Origin: an uncultured Thermoplasmata archaeon
Lineage (GTDB): Archaea > Thermoplasmatota > Thermoplasmata > Lutacidiplasmatales > UBA184
Length of the DNA stretch: 64,000 bases
Assembly: GCA_963713145.1 (NCBI GenBank)
Contig: CAVQKI010000001.1
Coordinates: 26,479-90,478 of the forward strand
Reading direction: 5' to 3'
Position numbers and translations under genes: made by a program. Each line of letters begins with the position of its first letter. The stretch's first letter is position 1. Positions 17,861 to 26,994 of the stretch are shown here, piece by piece. The notes beneath the pieces were generated by a model, which saw only the letters and a program-made list of their open reading frames with translations, did not search any database and had not been told where the DNA came from.

Positions 17861-20641
17861 GGGACCGGGCCGTCGCCCGCGAGCTCCTCGTCCCTCCGGC
17901 GGAGCGCGTCGTCGAACGCCTCCGCGTCCAGCGTCACCCTCGGGGCGGACGGTCCCGGGGCGAGGCAGAACCGCGCCTTCCCGTCGGGCCCGACCGTCGC
18001 ACCCAGGGTCCCGTCCGTCACGAGGGACGCGAGCCAGTCGGCGAGGTCGGGCGGGGCGGGCGTGGGCTGCCAGGACGACTCGATCTCGGGCAGGTCCACC
18101 GGCCCGTGGCGGCGCACGATCTCGACGATCGCGGCCCGGCCTTCGGCGAGGCGCTGGAGCTCGCTCTCGTCCGACGAACCCGACGCTCGGCGACGAGCCC
18201 GCCGAAGCGCGACCAGGGTCACGCCGGCCCCGACCGCGGCGACCCCGAGGAGCCCTCCCACGGTGGCGTACGGCACGGCCGGTCCGGGGGTCACGGCTGC
18301 CGCCGGTACCGTCAGCGGCCCGAGGAGGGCCGTGCCGGCGCCGTCCAGCACCGTGACGGTCCCGCCCTCTGGGCCAGGGGCCGAGAAGTTGACCCAGACA
18401 CCGGTCGAGCCGTTCGATTCGAGGGTGGCGATCACGTTCTGTTCGGAGCGCTCGGTGCCCCACACGTACCGGATCGTCACGTTCGCCCCGGGCACGGCGT
18501 TGCCGAACCGGTCCTCCAACTGCCAGTACGTCGCGTTCACGCGTGTTCCCTTCACCGCCACCAGGGGGTCGTAGATGCGAAGGTGCTCGGTGTCCGGGTT
18601 CGCGAGAAAGCGGATCAGAGGGACCGCTGACGGCAGGCCGCTTCCGACGAGCTCGACCGAGAACGGGCCGGCGGTGAGCACGCCGACCGTGAGGGCGAGC
18701 GTCCCGTTGACCCAGGCCGCGCCGGGGACATCGAACGTGCCGTTGCCGCCACCGGTCAGGCCGCCCACGGTGGAGGCGTTGACCCACCCGGTCGGCGCGA
18801 TGGACCCCGGGCCCGCGAGGACGACGACGGCGTCCGTCGCGAACGTTGCCACCGGCTGGTCCGATACATCCAGCGCCTCCCAGCTCAGCGGAACGGAGCC
18901 GCCGACCACGACCGACGACGCGGGTGGGGTTCCGGTCTCGGATAGCCGAACGGCCGGTGCCGGCCCCACGGTGAGCGCGAGCGCGGAGCTAACGACGGTG
19001 CCGAGGGCGTCCCGGGCCGTCAGGGTGAGTGTGACGGGGCCGGTAACGGATGGGACGAACGCGAGCGAGAGCCGACCGTCGGCGGCCAACTCTCCGCTCT
19101 CGAGCGGGGTGTCCTCCGTGGACGCGTTCCACCAGTACCGTCCGGGAAGGTCACCGCCCGTGAGCGTGGAGGAGGCCGAAACGTTCGACCCAACCGTCGC
19201 GTTCGGGGTCTCGAGGTCGAGCGAGGTCGCGGCGAGAGGGGCCACGACCGAGACGACGAACGAGACGGACCGGTTCGTCCCTTCCGAGTCCAGGGCCCAC
19301 GCGGACGCGTTGTACTGTCCGGGCGAAGCGTAGACCGGGTCGAACGTCCAGTTCGGTCCGGGCGCGTTCGTGCACAGCGGGGCACCGGATCCCGGGTCAA
19401 GGCACGCCGCCGCGAACGGGAGGATCCCCGAGCCCGCCGCGGCGACCAGATCGACCGGGAGGGGGGAGAGCGCGTAGCCTGTCGGGAACCCCGGGGTCAC
19501 CGACAGCGCGGCGGGAGGGTCGACCGTGACGCTCGGGAACTGGCCGATCGCAGCCGAGAAGCCGTTCGTGACGTTGAACGCCGGCTGCGCGATGCCGGCT
19601 CCGGTGTAGGTGAGGTTGGCGCGGCACGTGGCCAGGTACCGACCCCGGGCCGTCCGGCGTCGTCCCGCACGGAACCTGGACCGCCGCGAGGCCGAGCCCC
19701 GGGTCGAGCCATGCCCGATATTCGTAGCCGGCGGCGCCCACGGCCGTTACGTTGGCGGAGACGTTGGAGCCGACGTCCAGCTCGGTTCGGTTGAGCTCGG
19801 CCTCCGCGAGGGTCGTCGCGACCGCGTACAGGGCGATCGTTCGCGGAGGGGGCGAGAGGTCCGTTCCGTTGACCGTCGCCTCGGCCCGGACGGTGAGCGT
19901 TCCGGCCGACGCGCCAGGTACCGAAACGACAGTCGCTTGGGCACCCGCGGGGGTGGCGGAAAATGCCCAACCGGTCCCGTTGAGCGTCCAGGTGTACGCA
20001 GCGTCGAGCGGGGTCGCGGAGCCGTTCCCCTGCCACCCCGACGCCACGACGGATGTAGGGGCACCCGGAGCCGCGGTGAGCGTCGGCCCAGCCGGCGAGA
20101 GCGTGACGTCTTCGAGCAACCAGACGAGGGCCAGGTCCACAGTGCCCGGCGTCACGTTGAACGAGAGCGCGTAGCCGGCGGGCGGAGACACCGCGAGCGA
20201 AGGGGTGAGGGGGCCGATCGCCGAGGAATAGTCCGTGCAGACGGAACCGTTCGGGGCGGGAGCGCAGGAGCTGTGCGGCGTCGTAGGTTCGAAGGAGAAC
20301 CCACCTGCCGCGTCCGTCGTCGCCGAACCCGAGAGAGACGAACAGCTGGCGCTCGTCACGACGCCGCCGGGTTCGTCGATGACCCAGACGTCCACGAAGT
20401 ACGAGAACTGGATCGTCGCGTCGCCGGTAGCGTTCGGGGGGAGCGTCCCCCCGTCGATCGACAGGGCGCCGTCATAGACCGGCTGGAGGTGCGACCCGGC
20501 GCAGGTACCCGCGGTTGCGAAGGCGGCCGGAGGTCTCGACGGGGAGTGAGGCAACGGGCCCCACGAAAGGACGAGGGCAACGATCACCACGGCGACCACG
20601 GGACCGGGGATCGCCCTCGAGAACGAGCCTCCAGCCGGCAC
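17857..20641 (-). CDS. large secreted/surface protein with Ig-like repeats, C-terminal TM anchor and cytoplasmic tail; one frame change near 19630
   Basis: ORF 19397..20641 has an N-terminal signal/TM (VVAVVIVALVLSW). ORF 17857..19500 continues the same repetitive T/S/G/V-rich sequence with many N-x-S/T sequons. The end has a TM (LLGVAAVGAGVTLVAL) followed by a ~130-aa basic/acidic tail. Confidence 0.6.
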
Positions 20642-20707
20642 CGACTTCCCCCGGGTCCCGTACCCGATCGCGGGACACCCTCCAGCGGTCTACCGGTCCT
20701 TAATCGT

Positions 20708-21689
20708 ATGCTGGCGGCCGGCCCTGGCCGAACGATGCGCGAGCCGGCACGCTCAAGGAAGGGAGTCCCTGCCGGGTCCGTGGTCGCGCGTGCCCGCACG
20801 TCGCTCGTGCCTCCGCGGCTCGCGTCGCTCCCCCGGGAGCGGTCCCAGCTCGAGTACCCGTCGCGCTCCATCGTCTTCGCGCGGGACGGCCGCCGCCTCG
20901 TCAGGACCTGGGGGTCCCCCGAACGGCCGTGGGTCCTCGCCGTTGAGCCCGCGGGTGCCCGCTGGCGCGTGGAGGCCTGGGGCGCGGGTCCGAAGAAGGC
21001 CCGGGAGGCCGCCCGCGCGCTGTTCTCCCTGAGCGATCCGCTCGAAGAGTTCTACCGGCACACGCGCGCCGACCCGGTGCTCCGGGGTACCGAGCGGGCG
21101 TTCCGCGGACTGCGACTTCCTCGCGACGCGAGCCTGTACGAGAGTCTCCTCCACGCGATCGTGGGGCAACAGCTGTCGGTCGCCGCCGCGAGCGCGATCA
21201 AGAGGCGTCTGTTCGAGCGGCTCAGATACCCCGCTCACGGTCGACGGCCTCGAGGTCCCGCGCGTCCCCGCTCCGTCCCGTGTGCTCGAGGCCGGGGAGG
21301 GCGAGCTCCGCGCCCTCGGGATGAGCGGGGCGAAGTCCCGGGCGCTCGTCGCGATCGCGGCCTGGGCCTCCGGGAGGCCGCCGAGCGCGAAGGGGCTCCA
21401 ACGACGGTCGCTGCCGGCGGCGCGAGGCGCGCTCGAACGGCTCCCCGGGGTCGGGCGCTGGACGGCCGAGAACGCGCTCCTGCGAGGAACGGGCCGCCGG
21501 GACGTCTTCGTGGCGGGCGACCTCGGGGTCCGGGTCGCTCTGGAGCGGTACGGCGTCCTGCCGCGCTCGGCGCCCGAGGAGGCGGCGCGCGCGTGGGGGA
21601 AGCTCCGGTATCCAGGCTGGGGAAGCTACGCGACGCTCTACCTCTGGCGGAAGCTCGTGGCCGATCAGTTCGAGGCCCAGACCGGTTGA
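20708..21689 (+). CDS. HhH-GPD DNA glycosylase (AlkA / 3-methyladenine glycosylase II-like); frame change near 21220
   Basis: The N-terminal part is in the frame of ORF 19610..21985 (LYESLLHAIVGQQLSVAAASAIKRRLFERL). The C-terminal part is ORF 21282..21689 (LPGVGRWTAENALLRGTGRRDVFVAGDLGV). The start could be 20708 or 20735. Confidence 0.7.
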
Positions 21690-22217
21690 TCAGGACGCCC
21701 CTGTCGACCCCGCGAGCGGGAACGCCTCGATCGTACGGTGGACCGCCCCGCCCTGGCCCAGAACGCTCTCCTTCAGAACGAACTCGCTCACCCGGACGGA
21801 GCGGGGCGGGGGAGGGGAGCCGGGGTCCCGAAGTACCTCGAGCGCCCTCCGGCGGTCCGCGGGCGAGCGGACCCGGAACCACGTCAGGTGGGGGACGAAC
21901 TCTTCGCGGGGAGCCCAGACCGTCCCTTCCAAGGCCGAGCGCACCCGTCGGGCGAGCTCCGTCAACTCTGCTCGGCCCGACGTGACGCCGACCCATACGA
22001 CGCGCGGTTCGGAGGAGGTGGGGAACGCGCCGATCCCCTCGAGCCGCATATCGAACGGGGCGATTCCTCTGCCCACCGGCCCCAGTCGCTCGGCGATCTG
22101 CGGCGCCGACTCCGGCGGGACTTCTCCGAGGAAGTGGAGCGTGAGGTGCTCGGGGGTCGCGCGACGTACGCTCCCAGGCTACCCCCTCGGCACCTCGACC
22201 GCCACGAAGGCGCGCAC
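21690..22217 (-). CDS. 2H-phosphoesterase (2'-5' RNA ligase LigT / ThpR family), apparent in-frame TAG at 22181-22179
   Basis: The second HxTx motif (HLTWFRV) is inside ORF 21690..22076. The first motif (HLTLHFLGEV) lies upstream of that ORF's GTG. A typical LigT start, V-RAFVAVEVP (GTG at 22217), is in the same frame but separated by TAG. Confidence 0.6.
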
Positions 22218-22317
22218 GGCGTCGCGAAGGGTCCGCGCCCTCTTACGCTGTCAGTGGCAACGCTGCGCCCTGCCTACCTGCCCGCGCCGTCCCGCGCGGT
22301 CCGGGCCGGCGGAAGCG

Positions 22318-24839
22318 TCAGCCGACGCGGAGGGTCCAGACCTGGGCCTCGGCCGGACCGATCCCTTCGGCGCGCAGCGCTCGCTTCACGCGGGCCGCCC
22401 GTCGGGCGTCCGCGACCACGAACAGGGCGTACGCACCTCGGGACCGGGCCTTGAGGAACCCGTGCCGGATGCGCGCCGGCCGAAGCGCTCCCGAAACCTC
22501 GGCCTCCACGTGCACGTCCAGGCCGCCGAAGAACCGCCACGCCCACCCGTTCCGCACCGAGTCGAGGGCCCCCGCCAGGTCACGGGCCGAGCCGGCGCGC
22601 ACCCGGTCCGGGATCTGACGGAAGATCGCGTCGGGCAGCGTCGTGTCGTAGCGCCCTTGTCGAACGATCTCGAGGAGGTAGCCTCGGCGGGCGAACGTCC
22701 GGAACGCCCGAAGGAGGAGCGCCCGGTGCTCGGCGCTCTCCCGGGTGGCGCCCGTCGCCGACCCGAGGCCGAGGCGACGTTCCCCCGCCGGCGTCGAGCC
22801 GGACCCAGCCCGGGCCGACCTCGACGTATCCACGGCGCGCGAGCCCTCGGGCGCGGTCGCCCAGGGTGGCGGGGTCGGGTGAGGGGCCGGGGAGCTGCAC
22901 GGCGGCGGAGGTGAGACCGTCCTCGGCGAGCGGCCGGCCCGACTCCTCCGCGGCCAGGACGGCGAGCAGGAGCCGCTCGGTCGCCGGGTCGTCGATCGAT
23001 CCGCAGGGGGCGCTGCGCGCCTCCGGGACGAATTCCCGGCGCGAGGCGGCGACGGCCCCAGCCCACGCATCCGTCGCGATGCCCTCGGGCGGAACTCCGG
23101 GCGCGAGCGGCCGGATCTCGCCGGTCTCGGGGTCCCGCTCGAGGGCGTGACCCGCCGGAAGGTCCGTCAGAAGGCGGTCGGCCTCGGCCGCGGTAAGGCC
23201 GATCCATCCACCGACCGTCGCAGCGCTTGGCCGGGGTACGCGGAACGCCACCACGTCCCGGGCGACGCCCGCGGCAGCGTGCCGAAGCTCCGGCGCGAGA
23301 CGTTCGGGGTACTGGCTCGCGAGCAGCAGCCGCAAGCCGAACTTTCTGCCTTCGGCGAGGACCTCGCTCACCAGCCGTGGGGAGAGCCCCTGCACCTCGT
23401 CCAGAACGGTGAGGACCGCGGGACAACGACCGCGCGCGGAACCCCGGGTTGCGAGCCCGAGGTAGACGCGGGCGAGCACGAGCGTCCCGGCGAACGAGGC
23501 GGCCTCGGGCCCGAGCGTGGCAAACGGCAGCCGGACCAGGAGCGAGCGCCCTCCCTCCAGCAGCTCCTCGACCGGGAAGCCACCGTCCGCGGGGGAGAGC
23601 AGCTCCGCGAGCGCCGGCACGAGGACGACCTTCGACAGCCTCGCCGCCGCGGCCCAGAGGAAGTCGGGGTTCCGGCGAGCGATCGGCGCAAGCTCCTCAA
23701 GGAACCGGACCAGGTCGGTGCTCCGCGAAGCCAGCCGCGCGGCATCTCGGCGGTCCGCGTCGGCGAGGAGCGCGTAGAGGTCGTGGAGCGAGCCCCCCGA
23801 CTCCTGGACGATTCGGACGAATGCGTCGAAGATCCGCTCGAGCCGGAACCCCCAGTAGATGTCCGTGCCGTCTGCGCTGAGGCGCTTGATCGCCGCGACC
23901 AGGTGCGCGGCGGACCGTTCGTCCGAACCGGCGAGGGCCGCGATGCCCGGCAATGGCCGGTCGAGCGCGTCGACCGCCACGACCCGGCGCCGGGCGCCCG
24001 CCGGGAGCCGCGCGACGATCGCGGGAGCCAGATCGCCGTGCAGGTCGATCGCGACCACCGACTCCTGCCGGAGGATCGCTCGCGACGCCCGCTCGGCGAG
24101 GAACCACGTCTTCCCCGGCTCCGGACGCGCCCAGGACCACACCGTGGCCGACCCGGCACGGCTCCGCGTCGACGCTGGCGAACGGCGCCGGTTCGGCCGT
24201 CCGTTCGACCGTTGCCGGAAGGAACGCGCCCCACGCGTCCCGGGGCATCGACCGGGTCGAGGCGCGGCGCCAATCGCGACGGGCACCGTGGCCGGAGACG
24301 CGAGCGATCGAGTTCCTCCCGGTGACCTGTGCCCACTCCTGGGCCACGGTCGCGGCCACGGCGGGGAACCGTGCGTGGACGTCCTGCGGGGTCGACCCTG
24401 AGAGCCGGAACCGTCGGGCCGCCCAGAGGCGGCCGTCCTCTCCTCTACCCCAGAACGTCTGGAAGCCGAGCCAACCTCCGGGGCCAAGGAGCGGCTCCGA
24501 TTCGGGCAGAGCTCGGAGCGACGCCGCGGTCACGAACGTAGGCGTCCCGGGGACGAGGGTCCCGTAGACGTCCGCACCCCGGTACGCCGGTTCGTCCGCG
24601 GACCGGACGGGGCCGGTATCGACCGGGGATCCTGCGAACGTCGGCATCGCGGCGAGCGGCGCGAGCAGTGACGCCGGCCGGGCGGTCACCCGGGGAACCG
24701 GCCGGTCGAGCGTCGACTCGAACAGCACCAAGCCACCCGGCTCGGAGGCTAGCAGTCCCTCGGCGAGCGCCCGGTAGAATCGGCGACGGACGGGGTAGGG
24801 TCCGGGAGACGAGGTCGTGATCGCGTCGTGGGGAGTCAT
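22318..24839 (-). CDS. HerA/FtsK-type P-loop ATPase fused to wHTH and a PD-(D/E)xK-like C-terminal module; two homopolymer frame changes
   Basis: There are three frame segments. The first is the N-domain ending ...GVVLGASGAG. The second starts KTWFLAE (Walker A is split at CCCC 24113-24116) and contains VLTVLDEVQ (Walker B) and EGRKFGLRLLLASQYPERL (HerA-like). After CCCCC 22782-22786 the third reads ERRLGLG...RRGYLLEIVRQGRYDTTLPDAIF...LDVHVEAEVS. Confidence 0.6.
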
Positions 24840-25727
24840 GGGTGTCCCCGCCCCCGCGGTCCTAGTCCAGGCAGGGCCCGACGGAGTCGCAGCTCGGGCT
24901 CGTCGGGGACAACTCTCTTCGAGGGTCGCAGAACGGGTTGGCCAGGAATGGGTTCGCTCGGGCGAGCGGGGTCTTCTTCTTCCATCATGGTTCGCATGTT
25001 CTCTGCCCCCGCCGACGGGTCGCCGGCCGGGTGGTGTGTCGGGCGGCGTCAACGCTCACGGCGGACGCAATTCCAGCGACCCTGGGGGACCCGGCACGTC
25101 GACCGGACCGTAGTGGGACCCAAGGCTCGTGGCGTCGGTGGAAAGTCGATGCGGTCGTCGGCCCCGTCGTGCGTGGGTAGAATCGTGGCAGCGGTCTGGA
25201 CCGGCCGGGCGGACGCTCACGGACGGCGGCCCCGGGGGTCCTGTGCTGCGGGGCGGCGCCAGGCTCTAGGTGTTGGCGACCATGGCGCGACGGGCCGGTC
25301 TACCGAGGCCGGTGGAGGGCCTGCAGAGCCGAGGGGTGGCCGGGTGGTCGAGCGCGTGCGTGTCGGGGATCGTCGGGGTGCGCGACCTAACGGGAAGAGC
25401 GGTCGGGGACGCGGACGAACGGGGCGACGGCAGGCAACGCATCGAATTCGGCATCCCCATGGGGTCTCGGGGGAGACGTTCGTTCGGAAGTTCGAGAACG
25501 GTGGAACCTGGTAGGAAGGCCCCCGCACGCCCGAGACTCGGTGCCGAGTCTCCTTTGGGCGATGTTGAGGGTCCTTCCCTGGGTTGGTTGCAAGAGAACA
25601 ACCGCCCCGCGACTACTTGAACGCCCGGAAGGAGGGGCGGTGAAACGCCCCTCCCGATGGGCCGTTGCGGCGGAGGCGTCCGTTCGAAGGGTCCTTCGGG
25701 GAACGGGAGGGGCCCCTCAGCGATGGG

Positions 25728-26213
25728 TCAGCGCTTCGCCCGGCTCTCGGCCTCGCCGAGGACGATCCGAGGAAGTTCGCCCTGGATCACGGGCGGACGC
25801 CGTACCGACGCGCTGGTGCGGGCCGCGGCCTGCCGTCGCGGGAGGAGCCAGCGTTCGCCCCACTGGCGAAGCTCCCGGGCCGCCGGAGCGAGGCCTAGGC
25901 CCATCTCCGTGAGGGAATAGACGACCGAGAACGGTCGGGTGCTCACGACCGTCCGTTGGACGACTCCCTGGCCTTCGAGGAACTTGAGGGTCGCGCTCAA
26001 CGTCTTCGCGTTGAGCCGTGTGTTCGATTTCAGAATCTCGCTGAACCGCTGCGGCCCTTCGAGGAGCCGGTGGACGATCGCGAGCCGCCACTCGGTGCCG
26101 ATCACACCGACGGCGGCGAGCACGGGGCAGATCGAGGTTCCGTCCTCCGCATCGCACGTGTCGGACCCATCGGCGCTCGCACCGGCCGCCCGACGAACCC
26201 GATCGCTTTGCAT
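25728..26213 (-). CDS. HxlR-family transcriptional regulator
   Basis: CPVLAAVGVIGTEWRLAIVHRLLEGPQRFSEILKSNTRLNAKTLSATLKFLEGQGVVQR. There is a ~40-aa C-terminal extension. Confidence 0.8.
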   Translation of the reverse strand: MQSDRVRRAAGASADGSDTCDAEDGTSICPVLAAVGVIGTEWRLAIVHRLLEGPQRFSEILKSNTRLNAKTLSATLKFLEGQGVVQRTVVSTRPFSVVYSLTEMGLGLAPAARELRQWGERWLLPRRQAAARTSASVRRPPVIQGELPRIVLGEAESRAKR

Positions 26214-26250
26214 TCGCGCTGCCTCACCCGCCCGACGCCGCCGACGGATT

Positions 26251-26279
26251 TATAGTTACGCCCCTATAGTAAGTATAGA
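26251..26279. promoter_or_regulatory. divergent promoter region with three TATAG(T/A) repeats
   Basis: TATAGTtacgccccTATAGTaagTATAGA lies between the HxlR gene (-) and ORF 26365 (+). It is the only A+T-rich patch locally. Confidence 0.45.
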
Positions 26280-26364
26280 AAAGTTACCTCTCGCGCCATT
26301 TCGCACAGACCGACGGTGGTCGGTGTCGGAGTGACGTTTTCTCCGAGCGCGCCCGTCCGTCCGC

Positions 26365-26994
26365 GTGACCGTGCGCCGGCGGGAAGTCGAGCTGTCCGTG
26401 GAGCGACCGGTCGGCCCCGGCGCGCCGCCGGGCAGCATCGCTCGCCTGGCCGCCCGATTCGATGCGGGTCCCGGCGGCGAGGGTCCCTCGCCCGCGGAGC
26501 TCCGGGCCGCGCTCGACCAGCTCTCCGCCGACCTCGACGCGCTGGTCGGCCCGCTGCTCGCGGCCGCGCCCATCGCCCGGCCCGACCGGGAGCTGACCGA
26601 GCTCGTCGAAACGTACCGTCCTCGGCAGCGGGACCTGGTCGACCTCCTACGGGACGACGGCGAACTCACTCCCACCGAACACGAACGGTTGATCGGATAC
26701 CTAGAGGCGCGACCCGCCGCGGGCGCTCCGGCCCCCCGCGGTCCGGAACCGAACGTGGAGCGCCCGATCGCGTCCGTGCCGATCGCAGCCGTCCCTCTCG
26801 CCGTCGAGCGGTCGCTGCCCGCGTCCCGGCCGGTGGCCGAGCTGTTGCGGACGTTCCAGATCAGTTCCCTTAGGCAGGCAGGCGCCGTCCGAGCCCGGCG
26901 ACAGATCTCGTTCGCCGAGTACATGGCGCTCAAGCGCCACTTCGAGGAGACAGAGCGGGGTCCCCACCCGGCACCCGAGGGCGGCTCGGGTTAG
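26365..26994 (+). CDS. hypothetical protein
   Basis: 209-aa ORF (GTG start) downstream of the TATA repeats. The C-terminal part has coding-like composition (ELLRTFQISSLRQAG...FAEYMALKRHFEE). I recognise no family. Confidence 0.45.
   Translation: MTVRRREVELSVERPVGPGAPPGSIARLAARFDAGPGGEGPSPAELRAALDQLSADLDALVGPLLAAAPIARPDRELTELVETYRPRQRDLVDLLRDDGELTPTEHERLIGYLEARPAAGAPAPRGPEPNVERPIASVPIAAVPLAVERSLPASRPVAELLRTFQISSLRQAGAVRARRQISFAEYMALKRHFEETERGPHPAPEGGSG

Noticed and set aside
16955-18787. 610-aa (-) and 548-aa (+, 16984..18630) ORFs overlapping glyA and the surface-protein gene
   Set aside because: Their Arg/Pro/Gly-dominated translations overlap better-supported genes in other frames or on the other strand. 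They are shadow ORFs.
19610-21985. 791-aa + strand ORF
   Set aside because: It is a composite. The first ~365 codons are antisense to the surface protein and the last ~250 are off-frame through the glycosylase and ligT region. Only codons from about 20708 to 21220 (the alkA-like N-terminal half) are credible.
22179-22181. Reading the in-frame TAG of ligT as pyrrolysine or another recoding event
   Set aside because: It is a single instance. No pyl genes or methylamine methyltransferases occur in the window. The assembly is demonstrably error-prone, so an error or an ordinary nonsense mutation is far more likely.
25140-25148. GGAAAGUCG, resembling the RNase P RNA CR-I motif (GGAAAGUCC), which raised the idea that the 0.9-kb gap encodes RNase P RNA
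   Set aside because: On neither strand could I find the other universal elements, namely the ACAGAA..GGCUUA of CR-V/P4 and the GGUAA/GUGAAA-type J11/12 modules. A single 9-mer near-match is not enough.
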